A stretch of 64,000 bases of DNA, taken from positions 124,001 through 188,000 of IMG/VR virus record IMGVR_UViG_3300032296_003307. The stretch is one strand, 5' to 3'. Below the pieces are notes generated by a model. The model was not told the origin of the DNA. It did no database searches and saw only the letters and a list, made by a program, of their open reading frames with translations. Shown piece by piece: positions 1-9,891 of this stretch. A program made the position numbers and the translations under genes. How positions within the stretch are numbered: the stretch's first letter is position 1; the number at the start of each line of letters is the position of its first letter.

Positions 1-2
1 TG

Positions 3-698
3 GCACTTAAAGCTCTAGGATTTAAGCCAGGAAAAATGTATAGATATTTGGGAAAAAACGGAAAAATGAATACAGTTTACATCAAAGAAATAAAACCTGA
101 TGGGACTGTGATAGGACTTTTTGGAAAAAAATCGGGAGATACTGTTCTTGGAACCCAAGCTGCGGTTCCCGCAGAAACATTTTTAGGAAGAGGAATAGGG
201 GGTCCATGGGGTAGAAGAGGTTCATCAGTCATGGTTCCTTTATTTGTTAAAAGAATGACTGATGCTATGAGAGATGATGGTACTATTGATGCGAATGTTT
301 TAGCCGCTGGTGGTGAATTAAACGCCGATGAAGTTTCCGCGGCATCTTTAGAGTTTGCACCTGAGGATGTGGTTGCTGATTACCAAGGGGATACCGGTCA
401 GTACGATGTTTCAAGTAACGTAACATCAATTCAAAATGCGTTAATGGAGTTAGACCCTAATTCATTACCCAAATTTGGCGCTGATGGTAAATTCGGACCT
501 GAAACATTATCCGCAATTGAAAAATTCCAAAAAGATAATGGACTTACACCAAACAAAAAGGCTGATAAAGCTTTTGTCAAAAAATTAATAGAAAAATTAC
601 CGGCTAATAGTCCAAACAAAGAAGAATTAAATTCATTATTAACTAAACCATCTGAGGTTAAATCAACTGAAACAGATGCTGAAATTGAAACAACATAA
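3..698 (+). CDS. Peptidoglycan-binding domain protein (5' end outside window)
   Basis: Frame is open to the window edge. PG_binding_1-like motif ADGKFGPETLSAIEKFQKDNGL. Confidence 0.75.
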   Translation, partial: ALKALGFKPGKMYRYLGKNGKMNTVYIKEIKPDGTVIGLFGKKSGDTVLGTQAAVPAETFLGRGIGGPWGRRGSSVMVPLFVKRMTDAMRDDGTIDANVLAAGGELNADEVSAASLEFAPEDVVADYQGDTGQYDVSSNVTSIQNALMELDPNSLPKFGADGKFGPETLSAIEKFQKDNGLTPNKKADKAFVKKLIEKLPANSPNKEELNSLLTKPSEVKSTETDAEIETT

Positions 699-702
699 AA
701 AA

Positions 703-1101
703 ATGGGAAAAAGATTTATTATAACAGAAGAAGAGAAAAAAAGAATTCTCGGACTTTATGAACAGGACGAACCAACACCTGAAACAACTGATGAAAAACC
801 ATCATTAATTGACACCTTAAAACAAATGGGATTTGAAGAAAGTTCTGACCGTATTGGTTTGTGGCAAATAAAAAAAGACGACAATACATATGCTGCGGTT
901 TTAACGTTGAATCCAACAAAAGACCAAATTAGCAAAGCGGAAATTGTAGGAACTCCAGATATCCTTTCCACAATACAAAAGGCATTCAACGAGGTCAACA
1001 TTCCAAATATTATTTCAGGTGAAAAACTAATTACTCGAGCACCATTTAAAGAAGAAAATTTAATTAAGAAATTATCAGAACCGGCAAAAAGTGAGTTTTA
1101 A
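703..1101 (+). CDS. Hypothetical protein with MKRFIITEEEK-type leader
   Basis: Start reassigned to ATG 703: MGKRFIITEEEKKRILGLYE. Confidence 0.8.
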   Translation: MGKRFIITEEEKKRILGLYEQDEPTPETTDEKPSLIDTLKQMGFEESSDRIGLWQIKKDDNTYAAVLTLNPTKDQISKAEIVGTPDILSTIQKAFNEVNIPNIISGEKLITRAPFKEENLIKKLSEPAKSEF

Positions 1102-2015
1102 TGAAATTCAAAATAACCCATACACAATATAAAAAATTAACAGAATCATTGGACCCTGATGTTCAAGATTTTTTTAGTGCTGAAAAGGGTAAGTTTCATT
1201 TGTTGGCACCAATTCCAATTAGTAGAACAACCGCTTCTGAGGTTATAAAAAGAATTTTGAAATCAGAAAACAAAAAGTATTTTTTTGGTGATGATATTGA
1301 CCTTAATGAATTATCTTTAGTTAACAGATTAAGATTTGGTGTTTATTTAGAAGAGGTCTTAAGCGAGGTTGGTACAAGAGGTCATAACTATGAAGGATTT
1401 ATGGCAGGTCTTTTTGATGGATATCTACCTAAAGACACTAATTATTGGTTTGATTATAGGATTAGAGAGGGTTCGGTAGAACAAAAGTTTATAAAAAGTA
1501 GTGGAGAATCACCACAACTTAAAACATATGCTAATTTCATAAAAAACAATCCTCAATACGAAGGTTTATTAGATAAACAAAATACTCCTGAAATCATCAA
1601 ACAGAAAATACAAATGTTAAACAGTCCTGAGTTTTTAACAGACATTTACATTTTTTCAACTAAAACACCTGAACCAGGAAAAGGTTATAGAATCGATAAT
1701 TATGTTGTTTACAAAGATGAGATGATTAAGATTTTAATGAATCCTAATAATCTTAGAGAGCCTAAACAAAAAGGACAAACCGCTTTGAGAATACCGGCAA
1801 GTGTCTTGGGGGGAATTGATTTTACCATAATAACTCCAAGATATAAATCGTCCGAACTACAGGAACTTGTAAAATTGGACGAAAAAGAACGTGCGGTGTT
1901 AAGTGCGTTTGGTAAACATAGTGAACACATAAGACCAGATGTAATTAAAGATTTGAGTAAAAACTTAGATGAGTTTATCGAATCACTTATTGAAATACAA
2001 GAAGAATATGAATAA
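1101..2015 (+). CDS. Leader-bearing protein, possible PD-(D/E)xK nuclease fold
   Basis: Leader MKFKITHTQYKKLTES. RGHNYEGFMAG...FDY...VEQK resembles E...D...ExK. The fold call is tentative. Confidence 0.45.
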   Translation: MKFKITHTQYKKLTESLDPDVQDFFSAEKGKFHLLAPIPISRTTASEVIKRILKSENKKYFFGDDIDLNELSLVNRLRFGVYLEEVLSEVGTRGHNYEGFMAGLFDGYLPKDTNYWFDYRIREGSVEQKFIKSSGESPQLKTYANFIKNNPQYEGLLDKQNTPEIIKQKIQMLNSPEFLTDIYIFSTKTPEPGKGYRIDNYVVYKDEMIKILMNPNNLREPKQKGQTALRIPASVLGGIDFTIITPRYKSSELQELVKLDEKERAVLSAFGKHSEHIRPDVIKDLSKNLDEFIESLIEIQEEYE

Positions 2016-2292
2016 AAAATCAATAGACGAACAAGCTATCAAGGCGTATATGAATTTAGAATCGGTACATAACCATTTAGACGAAATTTTTATTATATTT
2101 GATACTGAAAAAAGAATTGCAATTGCAAAAGACGATAGAGAATTGGCTGATTTTATTTCAGAACAAATGAGAACATTAAGTAATGTTGAAAATGGATTAA
2201 GATTCGGTAAAGATTACCTAAAAAACTTAGTCGGTTTAAGTTGGGACCTATATGGTGGTGACATAACCACAAGAACTGATGGTGACGATTAA
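2008..2292 (+). CDS. Hypothetical protein
   Basis: ATG 2008 overlaps the upstream stop; helical, charged sequence. Confidence 0.7.
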   Translation: MNKKSIDEQAIKAYMNLESVHNHLDEIFIIFDTEKRIAIAKDDRELADFISEQMRTLSNVENGLRFGKDYLKNLVGLSWDLYGGDITTRTDGDD

Positions 2293-2609
2293 TGTATTAT
2301 AAAAGATTCGTCCGAATTGTTGTTTTTAAATAATAGAAAAAAAGAAACTTGATTACCGAAGAATTTATTGAAAGTCAGGTAAACATCGTCAACAAATACT
2401 TTCTTATAGTTATTTTTATCTAAATACTCTAACTTTGTTTTATAGTTTTCGCTATGTATTTTATTATTTCGATTCAAATAAAAAAAATAAAAATATTCAC
2501 CTAAAACAACATCATCAATTTTTTCTATCTTTTCAATCAAACCTGAATAATACCTATTACTTATTAAATTCAGAGATTTCAACAAAACATCTTCGTTTAA
2601 TTTCGACAT
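2289..2609 (-). CDS. Hypothetical protein
   Basis: 106-aa ORF convergent with the previous gene. Confidence 0.65.
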   Translation of the reverse strand: MSKLNEDVLLKSLNLISNRYYSGLIEKIEKIDDVVLGEYFYFFYLNRNNKIHSENYKTKLEYLDKNNYKKVFVDDVYLTFNKFFGNQVSFFLLFKNNNSDESFIIH

Positions 2610-2685
2610 ATCATAATTATAAACGATTGTTGTCGGATTGGAAATATAATTTTGTTCTTTAACTATAATTCACTATCTTCGTGGT

Positions 2686-2949
2686 ATGAAAAAGTTTTTG
2701 GCTTATTACTTCATCTATCGCACCACAAAAAACCCAATGATTGCCGCTCAAATATATCAAATACTTTATGGAAACAACAACAGTGTTTCTTTGACACCTA
2801 CAATCGCTGGTACAACTTCTACGGTTCATAACACCTCAAAAAAACAAGAGTTGGAAGAATCTTTGAAATATCTAAAGGAAAAAACAATTAAAACAAAAAA
2901 AGATAAGGAGTCAATTAACGTTTTAGAGGCAGTGATTCAAAACATGTAA
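2686..2949 (+). CDS. Hypothetical protein
   Basis: 87-aa ORF with a TATCTTCG promoter-like box just upstream. Confidence 0.65.
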   Translation: MKKFLAYYFIYRTTKNPMIAAQIYQILYGNNNSVSLTPTIAGTTSTVHNTSKKQELEESLKYLKEKTIKTKKDKESINVLEAVIQNM

Positions 2950-2988
2950 TAGTTTGACTTTGTATTTTATTGTTTATATAATTGTCAT

Positions 2989-3123
2989 ATGAAAAAATTT
3001 ATTCAAGCGGTTATTATAGGATATGCTGTTTTATGGGTTTTCGCAGAACTTAAGAAGTTCATGGGTGATAAAGAAGTTACCACACTTGAGGATATTAAAA
3101 ATCTGATTAAAGAAAAACTATAA
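2989..3123 (+). CDS. Small membrane protein (44 aa, not in ORF track)
   Basis: MKKFIQAVIIGYAVLWVFAELKK... read from the sequence; fills the gap exactly. Confidence 0.6.
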   Translation: MKKFIQAVIIGYAVLWVFAELKKFMGDKEVTTLEDIKNLIKEKL

Positions 3124-3124
3124 T

Positions 3125-3601
3125 TTAAGGTCTGAAATAAGATATATCTGCATCAGTGAATCCGTCATTGATTGGAGAAGAATTATCGAATTTATATCTC
3201 ACAAAAAAATCTTTGTAACCTAATTTGTTTTCGGGGTCCACAAAACTACCAACATAATAAAAGGTGGTTAATACGTTATTTTCTATTTCTTCCATTAGTT
3301 TTTCATATTCTTTATCATAGAAAATGCTACTCAAATATCTTAAAGTGCCGTAATTACCACTCATGATTAAATTAATATATGGTGCTTTTCCCTCGGGTGT
3401 AAAAAGACCAAAAAAAATCTGAGGGTCAATCGATATAAGAGTTCTATAACCTATTTCAGGTTCCAAACCAAACTTATTACCGGAAGTCCTACTCGGCTCA
3501 AAACTACCTCTATATTCACCGCTAACAATAAATGGGTATTTTCTTTTGAGTTTTTTTACCGCCATATCGGAAATTTTTTTACCTATACTGTCCCTGTCCA
3601 T
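3125..3601 (-). CDS. Hypothetical protein (KRKYP family)
   Basis: Start reassigned to MDRDSIGKK, with TATTTAT upstream on the minus strand. Confidence 0.7.
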   Translation of the reverse strand: MDRDSIGKKISDMAVKKLKRKYPFIVSGEYRGSFEPSRTSGNKFGLEPEIGYRTLISIDPQIFFGLFTPEGKAPYINLIMSGNYGTLRYLSSIFYDKEYEKLMEEIENNVLTTFYYVGSFVDPENKLGYKDFFVRYKFDNSSPINDGFTDADISYFRP

Positions 3602-3659
3602 AACTAAACAATAAATACAACGCAAGGTACAAATATACCTCTTAAAGTATTTATAACAT

Positions 3660-4001
3660 ATGAACTTTAGAGAAGAAACAAATAGAATAAAAGAATTAAT
3701 TTGTGAAACCTCGGATTTGAAATTCAAACGAAGAAACGCAGACGTTGAAAGATTCTTAAGGCAAGTCATGGAATATCTTTCAGTTTGTGATTACGAAGAT
3801 AAAGTACAATTTTTTATTGCTGTTTTATTGTCGGTAAGAGAAGACGAACTGATAAGTAGCAATGAATCTTTTGACGGAAAAGAAGTCTCAGACTTTATTG
3901 AAGACCACTACAAAGAAGAAATATATTACTATTATGAATATTACTATGATTTGGAGTGTGGAAAAAAAGAAATAACCGAATATCCCAATTTTGTTTACTA
4001 A
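3660..4001 (+). CDS. Leader-bearing small helical protein (KRR..C paralog family)
   Basis: MNFREETNRIKELICE...KFKRR...CDY; TATTTATA upstream. Confidence 0.75.
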   Translation: MNFREETNRIKELICETSDLKFKRRNADVERFLRQVMEYLSVCDYEDKVQFFIAVLLSVREDELISSNESFDGKEVSDFIEDHYKEEIYYYYEYYYDLECGKKEITEYPNFVY

Positions 4002-4025
4002 TTTATTTTAGTTATATTTGTGAAC

Positions 4026-4244
4026 ATGAATACTAATGTAATAACTAATCATATGGATACTTATTTTTGGGTTGACAAAGTAATTAACTCATGTACTACA
4101 AAAAAACAAGCCAAAACAGGTATAAAGTTGGTTGGGTTATGGCAAAACATGTTTATAAATCAGTTAGATAGGGAAGAACTAATATACCTTTCAACAAAGT
4201 TAAACAAACGTGCTCTTGAAAAGTATTATTCATTGAATATCTAA
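4026..4244 (+). CDS. Hypothetical protein
   Basis: ATG 5 nt after a TATATTTG promoter box. Confidence 0.7.
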   Translation: MNTNVITNHMDTYFWVDKVINSCTTKKQAKTGIKLVGLWQNMFINQLDREELIYLSTKLNKRALEKYYSLNI

Positions 4245-4270
4245 TTGTGTTTTTGGACTATTTATTTATA

Positions 4271-4600
4271 ATGTCCAAAAAAGAACTCAAAAAAACCATA
4301 TTAAGAATATTGTCAGAAGAAACTTCTGAGGACTTGCCTTTAAAATTAAAAAGAAGGTACTCTAATTTAGTGGATGAATATGAACATACTCTTTCTTTCC
4401 ACAGAATGTGCGAATATGAGGATATTTCGGGTTTTATATCAAATTTGGTATCAGAAATTCAATTTTTAAGCACAAAGAATATACATGAAATTTCTAAACT
4501 TATTTTTTCATATTATACTCAAAATCCATCAAAAACCAAAAAAATGTTGAAACAAGCATTTATAGAAACATGGAATCAACGATGTAAAAAATCAAACTAA
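4271..4600 (+). CDS. Leader-bearing small helical protein (KRR..C family)
   Basis: MSKKELKKTILRILSEE...LKRR...CEY. Confidence 0.75.
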   Translation: MSKKELKKTILRILSEETSEDLPLKLKRRYSNLVDEYEHTLSFHRMCEYEDISGFISNLVSEIQFLSTKNIHEISKLIFSYYTQNPSKTKKMLKQAFIETWNQRCKKSN

Positions 4601-4601
4601 C

Positions 4602-5546
4602 ATGGAGGACTACTCAGTAAAATTTATAAGAAGGGTAAAAGATTTTGAAGAGTTTATTATGGATACTTGGCCTGTAAGAAATCCATGCGACTATGATGAT
4701 ATTGGTCAATACATAAGGGCGATTTACCAAGAGATTGCTGAAATAATTGATGAAGGTGAATTGGATGGAATTTATGTCAGTGAGTGGTTGGATTATGAAG
4801 AAGGAAAAAAATATGTGGATGAAGTTTTAAAGTCAAAAATAGTTGAAAATTATTATTGGAATTGTGGGGATGACGACATGATTACAGAAAACGTAAATTC
4901 AGAAGATGTGATAAATAAATTAGTTGATAAACTGTATGACTATACAATTGGAACCAAACAAGTAAAAAATAATCCAAGAATGTTTACCACATCGATTTAT
5001 TTCACAAACAAAAATGATAAACACCCTGAGATTGAACCAATATATTTCACATGGGAACTTGATAGTGTATGGTCTCCAAAAAAGCTTTCTTTTAGTGAAT
5101 CTAATAATGGTAAAGTTGGTATGTTTAAAAAATTAGGGGCTGAAAACCAATTTTATGAGTGGGCTCGTGAAAAGGCAAAAAAACACGCCGAAAAACACTT
5201 ATTGAATATAGGGGTTTACTTATCAGAGTCAAAGAACCTCAGAAGAAGAGTATATTTTAAAGACTTAGAAGATAGGTTTGAATATAACCTTCAAAGAGCG
5301 GTAACTTTATACAATAAAAAAGTGGATTGGAAAAGTTTTACACGTGAAAAATTTGAACTTATAGTCCTTACTACATTGATAGATGCAATCCATGAAAAAA
5401 TAGATTGGGTCACCGACCCATCGGGAAAATTGTATGACGAAATATACGATTTTTTAAAAGAAACTTTTGGTGGACAGATTGATAAAAAATTTGATGAAAT
5501 AAGGTTGAATAGAATAACCCAAGACATAAAAAACAAAATATATTAA
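4602..5546 (+). CDS. Multi-module hypothetical protein
   Basis: 314 aa; RR..CDY module, with internal ITE and LSE junction-like motifs. Confidence 0.75.
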   Translation: MEDYSVKFIRRVKDFEEFIMDTWPVRNPCDYDDIGQYIRAIYQEIAEIIDEGELDGIYVSEWLDYEEGKKYVDEVLKSKIVENYYWNCGDDDMITENVNSEDVINKLVDKLYDYTIGTKQVKNNPRMFTTSIYFTNKNDKHPEIEPIYFTWELDSVWSPKKLSFSESNNGKVGMFKKLGAENQFYEWAREKAKKHAEKHLLNIGVYLSESKNLRRRVYFKDLEDRFEYNLQRAVTLYNKKVDWKSFTREKFELIVLTTLIDAIHEKIDWVTDPSGKLYDEIYDFLKETFGGQIDKKFDEIRLNRITQDIKNKIY

Positions 5547-6223
5547 AAATTACCTAAAAACCTGTTAACGAATGACGGTTTAGTGTTTGGTGTAGTGTTT
5601 TTGTCTTTAATCCAATTGTATAGTATTTCTCCCAAATTTTCCGTATTCATTTCTCTATCACCTAAATTATCTTTGATTTGTTTTTTGAAGTTCTGTACCA
5701 TTTTTGTAATACTCGCTGGTGACATGTTTTTATAAACACTAGGAGGAACAAAACCCGATTTAACATAACCTTTGTTTTGAAACTCTCTTAACTTCCTTGA
5801 ACCAAATTCATCCGCGACTATTTCCACACCATACAAAAACTTGGCAGCGTCTTCATCAGAAATTTCATCTTTTAAGTATTCATACATTTTTTCAGCACCA
5901 TATTTTTGATATTGGTATTGGTGGGCAATTTCGTGAAATATTACAAATAATAATAGAGGTAGTGGTTGGCGCAAAACTTGTGTGTTAATCAAAACACCCG
6001 AATGAAGAGCGGCTCCCCAAGCGGGAAAATTAAATCCTGAAAATTCTATTTTTTTACAACCTGATTTTTTAATCGCATCTTCTAATTTATCGGCATGTTC
6101 CTTAAAATTAGGATGCCTTTCCACAATTTCACCAACAAAGTCGTCAATACCCTCAACCGACTCGCACAATACTTTTAATACTAAGTCATTTATTTGTTCT
6201 TTATATAGGAAAGTTTTTTTCAC
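5543..6223 (-). CDS. HExxH zinc metallopeptidase-like protein with leader
   Basis: IFHEIAH motif. GTG start after TATTTATA; leader KKTFLYKEQINDLVLKVLCE. Confidence 0.7.
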   Translation of the reverse strand: MKKTFLYKEQINDLVLKVLCESVEGIDDFVGEIVERHPNFKEHADKLEDAIKKSGCKKIEFSGFNFPAWGAALHSGVLINTQVLRQPLPLLLFVIFHEIAHQYQYQKYGAEKMYEYLKDEISDEDAAKFLYGVEIVADEFGSRKLREFQNKGYVKSGFVPPSVYKNMSPASITKMVQNFKKQIKDNLGDREMNTENLGEILYNWIKDKNTTPNTKPSFVNRFLGNF

Positions 6224-6294
6224 GATGAATATTATTATAAATACCTCTTGGGTATTTATTATGTATACAAATATAGTCAATCTAATTGAATAAA

Positions 6295-6642
6295 ATGAAT
6301 CTAAGGGATAAAATAAAAATGATACTGTCAGAGGAAGAACATTTTACTCCTGAATTTTCCGTACCACCATGGTTAAAAAGAAGGTTTAGAATGTTAGAAA
6401 TGATTGTGTTTAGAGAAACACAGTATGCTGAAAGACAAGACACATATCCTTTTTGTAAAAATTTGTTTAAGAAAAAAGAAGATTATTTTAATTACGTTGT
6501 TGATTGGGCTGAACAACATTTTGACGATATTGAACTACCAAAACAAAAAAAATTGGATATACTGAATCAATTTATGTCAGAAAACTACAAAAAAGAGTTG
6601 TATGACCTATATGAAAAAAAATGTAAGGACTTTATGCGATGA
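6295..6642 (+). CDS. Leader-bearing small helical protein (KRR..C family)
   Basis: MNLRDKIKMILSEE...WLKRR...FC. Confidence 0.75.
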   Translation: MNLRDKIKMILSEEEHFTPEFSVPPWLKRRFRMLEMIVFRETQYAERQDTYPFCKNLFKKKEDYFNYVVDWAEQHFDDIELPKQKKLDILNQFMSENYKKELYDLYEKKCKDFMR

Positions 6643-6890
6643 GAAAAGAATTAGAAACATTAGAAAAAATTCTTAACACAATGGTAAAAAGGAAATATCC
6701 TGATGACGTTTTAAAAATAGAAATTATTGACGAGTTGATATTTGACCAAGTATATGATGTTAGAGTTTATGTTATTTTAGAAAAATATGAGTCAATATAT
6801 AAATGGGAAGAAATGGAGCAAATGGTAAAAAACATTGCAAGATTTTCAGGTGTTAAAATAAACCGAGTTATTTCCGCTCAAGAACAATAG
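6639..6890 (+). CDS. Hypothetical protein (LEKILN..KRKYP family)
   Basis: 83-aa ORF, ATGA-coupled to the upstream gene. Confidence 0.7.
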   Translation: MRKELETLEKILNTMVKRKYPDDVLKIEIIDELIFDQVYDVRVYVILEKYESIYKWEEMEQMVKNIARFSGVKINRVISAQEQ

Positions 6891-6916
6891 TGGTATCAAA
6901 GGTTATTTAATATACC

Positions 6917-7240
6917 TTATTTACCGCAATTAGAAATTTCTATTTCTTTTTCCCTTCTAAAATTCTCAAACTCACTTACAAATATCATGTGATTAAGTAA
7001 CTCTTGCCAATCAAAAAAATCAGAATCGTCATCGTCATATCGTACATTGAATAAATTACCCAAAACATAGTCTACAGTAGAATGCAACGCATCATTAAAC
7101 ATATCGTAAACTCCATTTTCATATTGGTAATCACAAGGACTTAATCTCTCAACATATTCATTAAACTCACTTATAATATAATCAAAGTGTCTTCTTAATT
7201 TTACTATTTTGGACTGTGATTCAGTAATGAGTATTTTCAT
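6917..7240 (-). CDS. Leader-bearing small helical protein (RR..CDY family)
   Basis: MKILITESQ...LRR...PCDY. Confidence 0.75.
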   Translation of the reverse strand: MKILITESQSKIVKLRRHFDYIISEFNEYVERLSPCDYQYENGVYDMFNDALHSTVDYVLGNLFNVRYDDDDSDFFDWQELLNHMIFVSEFENFRREKEIEISNCGK

Positions 7241-7275
7241 ATAGAATAAATATAATAGGTTTTTATTTTACAAAG

Positions 7276-7282
7276 TATTTAT
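7276..7282 (+). promoter_or_regulatory. TATTTAT box (representative of the class upstream of leader and structural genes)
   Basis: Also at 17414, 34627, 39339, 53786 and many more, typically 4-12 nt before the start codon, on both strands. Confidence 0.7.
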
Positions 7283-7286
7283 TAGT

Positions 7287-8021
7287 ATGAATCTCCAAGA
7301 GAACATTGATAGAATTAAGGAAATGATGGGACTTATTGTCGAATCAGATGACAAAGAGGTTGTTTGTAGTAAATGCGGTTGGTCTTGGGATTTATCTGAG
7401 GGTGGTAATGACCCATATACCTGTCATGAATGTGGTCACACAAATGAAATAAAAGAAAATGATTTAGACGAATATTCAAGGACTCTAAAGAACGCAAGAA
7501 AACAAGGGAGTGGTTTAAGGTTTTCTAAAAGTGCGGTCAAGAACGCACCTTTGAGGTTTAGACCATATAACAGAGAAAATATTGAAGAAGGGGACCCTAA
7601 AGTTGGGACAGGAAAAAAACCTAAAGGTTCTGACAGAAGACTCTACACTGATGAGAATCCAAATGACACGGTTTCAGTTAAGTTTAGAACCAAAGAAGAC
7701 ATAATAGATACCCTTAACAAAGAAAGTTTTAAATCTAAACCACACAAAAGACAGTCACAGATAATTAATCTTATTCATCAACGAGTTAGAGCCGCATATC
7801 AAAACGCAAAAGACTCTGAAACCAAAGATAGGTTAAAAAGAGCATACGACTATATAGAATCTGTAAAAGAAAAATCAAAAGAAAAGACAATCCGACTACA
7901 AAAACAAGAACAAACTGAAAGCGAACTAACAGAAAAATGTTGGAAGGGATATACACAAAAAGGCATGAAAACTATGTTTGGTAAACGATACCCAAACTGT
8001 GTTAAAAAGACAAAGAAATAA
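7287..8021 (+). CDS. Leader-bearing multi-module protein (Zn ribbon, GTGKKPKGS module, CWKGY tail)
   Basis: MNLQENIDRIKEMMGL; CxxC...CxxC; the EKCWKGY...PNCVK motif is familiar from T4-like phage hypotheticals (recalled, not searched). Confidence 0.75.
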   Translation: MNLQENIDRIKEMMGLIVESDDKEVVCSKCGWSWDLSEGGNDPYTCHECGHTNEIKENDLDEYSRTLKNARKQGSGLRFSKSAVKNAPLRFRPYNRENIEEGDPKVGTGKKPKGSDRRLYTDENPNDTVSVKFRTKEDIIDTLNKESFKSKPHKRQSQIINLIHQRVRAAYQNAKDSETKDRLKRAYDYIESVKEKSKEKTIRLQKQEQTESELTEKCWKGYTQKGMKTMFGKRYPNCVKKTKK

Positions 8022-8033
8022 ATATAAAATTTC

Positions 8034-8606
8034 ATGAAAATAATAATCACAGAATCACAATACAAATCATTATTGTCTGAACAAACATCAACAAGTGATG
8101 GATGTAAAGTTTGGGTAGAATCAAAAAACGACCCAAAATACATAAAATATATAAACGCACTAAATTTGTACATGAGAGGAAAATCTATTGTTGACTTCTT
8201 TAGGTCAAATCCTGATGCCACAAATGATATTTTAAATAAAAAAGAAGATGAGTTGGTAAAAAAATACCCTGTAAATAATAGATACTTGGGTTTTGGCTCA
8301 GATAGGATATTATCAATAAATTCAATTATGGTTGGTAAGGGTCGTGCCGCACGATATGCACAACAATATCCAAAACCTGATAAAGTTTGCGTAAGACCAA
8401 CTCCTACGACAACTACAACCACTACCATCGCACCACCACCAAACACAAATGCGTCAATTCAAAAGGCAAACAGTTTATTCCAAAGGTACAATTACATGTC
8501 AACTGAAGACAAAAAAAGAGCGGTGGCGAAATACGGTGACCCAAGCAAAGTGCCATTCCAAGGGGTTGATGTTTTATTATTAAGAAAAGAATATCCAAAT
8601 ATATAA
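8034..8606 (+). CDS. Leader-bearing hypothetical protein
   Basis: MKIIITESQYKSLLSEQ; short PTPTTTTT linker. Confidence 0.75.
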   Translation: MKIIITESQYKSLLSEQTSTSDGCKVWVESKNDPKYIKYINALNLYMRGKSIVDFFRSNPDATNDILNKKEDELVKKYPVNNRYLGFGSDRILSINSIMVGKGRAARYAQQYPKPDKVCVRPTPTTTTTTTIAPPPNTNASIQKANSLFQRYNYMSTEDKKRAVAKYGDPSKVPFQGVDVLLLRKEYPNI

Positions 8607-8615
8607 AAACATGTG

Positions 8616-9134
8616 ATGAATTTACAAGAAAACATATCAAGGATTAAAGAAATGATGGGACTTCTCATAGAAAAAAGAGAAGGATGGTATAATCTTTTAA
8701 GAAAAAAACTACCAAACATGCCCGAATATGTTTTGAAAGATTGGATTTACAGAAAGGTTGATTACTATAAGGATTATGAATCTTTTAATAATTGGTTGGA
8801 TGAATGGATTGTTGGTTTAGATTGGGAATATCAAAAAGATTTTCCAATGACTATGGATATTTTTAGTGACAAAAGTAGAAAGGAATTAGAAGAAAGGATT
8901 AAGGGTTCGGTTAGGTCCGATGTTGACAGAGACGAAGAAAGACACAAAAATCAAAAAGAATTATTAAAGTTACGTGGAATATCAAAAGAACCAATTATTT
9001 TATTTAGGCATGAGGATGGTAAATACGACTTGGGTGAAGGTTGGCACAGAACGGTTCAAGCATTCATTCAATATCCTGACGGATTTATTCAACCAAATGT
9101 ATACATTGGACTTAATGCAAAATGGTTAGATTAA
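8616..9134 (+). CDS. ParB/Srx-like domain protein with leader
   Basis: EPIILF...DLGEGWHR resembles the ParB_N PI.v...i.DG.HR motif; leader MNLQENISRIKEMMGL. Confidence 0.6.
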   Translation: MNLQENISRIKEMMGLLIEKREGWYNLLRKKLPNMPEYVLKDWIYRKVDYYKDYESFNNWLDEWIVGLDWEYQKDFPMTMDIFSDKSRKELEERIKGSVRSDVDRDEERHKNQKELLKLRGISKEPIILFRHEDGKYDLGEGWHRTVQAFIQYPDGFIQPNVYIGLNAKWLD

Positions 9135-9135
9135 A

Positions 9136-9891
9136 ATGAACCTACAAGAAAACATATTAAGAATCAAAGAAGTAATGGGATTACTGTCTGAGGGAAAATC
9201 TGATAAACAGTTTTCAGGTAAAAATAGAATTATAATCATTGGACCACCAACAGTCGGAAAATCTACAGTTGCTGAAGAATTATCAAAACAACTCGGAATC
9301 GAATATGTTAAGTTAGACAAGTTACAAGAAAAAATAGGTCACGGTGATGGAAAAGAGTTGGAGTTAGTTAAAGAGGTACTATCAAACAAATTTGAAAAAT
9401 ACAACACACCATCCATATTAGATTTTGGTGGAGGACACGTCTATAATAAAGGAGTTAAAGGATTACTCAAAGATTATCCGAATGTAATATTGTTAATGCC
9501 GTCCAAGAACCAATCAAAGTCAGAAGAACTTTTAATGAAAGGAAACACCGAAAGATGGACAGGATTCATAGACCAAATAATTAAAGGGTTAAAAAGTGGA
9601 AAACACAATCATACAAAGGAAAAGGAATCTGAACTAATAGACAAACTGAAAAAGATGAAAAAGGGTGAAGGAGGAAAGTTCCACAAGAAAGATTTACCGA
9701 ACATACCTGAAATGAAAGGATGGGGAGGATTAAACTTGGATAAGGATTGGAACAAACATGTCCCTTTAACCAAAGAGGAGGATAGCATAAACAAAGAGAT
9801 TGCCAAACACACAGTTATTGTGTATGATAAGAATGGGGATAGAAAAACGCCATCAGAGATTGTAAAAGACATTAAAAAAATATTGAAATGA
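9136..9891 (+). CDS. Shikimate-kinase-like P-loop kinase with leader
   Basis: IIIIGPPTVGKSTVAEELS Walker A, D.D, and ILDFGGG, as in the aroK-like NMP kinase fold. Confidence 0.65.
   Translation: MNLQENILRIKEVMGLLSEGKSDKQFSGKNRIIIIGPPTVGKSTVAEELSKQLGIEYVKLDKLQEKIGHGDGKELELVKEVLSNKFEKYNTPSILDFGGGHVYNKGVKGLLKDYPNVILLMPSKNQSKSEELLMKGNTERWTGFIDQIIKGLKSGKHNHTKEKESELIDKLKKMKKGEGGKFHKKDLPNIPEMKGWGGLNLDKDWNKHVPLTKEEDSINKEIAKHTVIVYDKNGDRKTPSEIVKDIKKILK

Noticed and set aside
7850-8446. 198-aa minus-strand ORF and the many other antisense ORFs in the track (e.g. 431, 1709, 13319, 28714, 39607, 54209)
   Set aside because: Shadows of better-supported genes on the opposite strand. The VVVVV/GVGV runs are antisense of Thr/Pro tracts.
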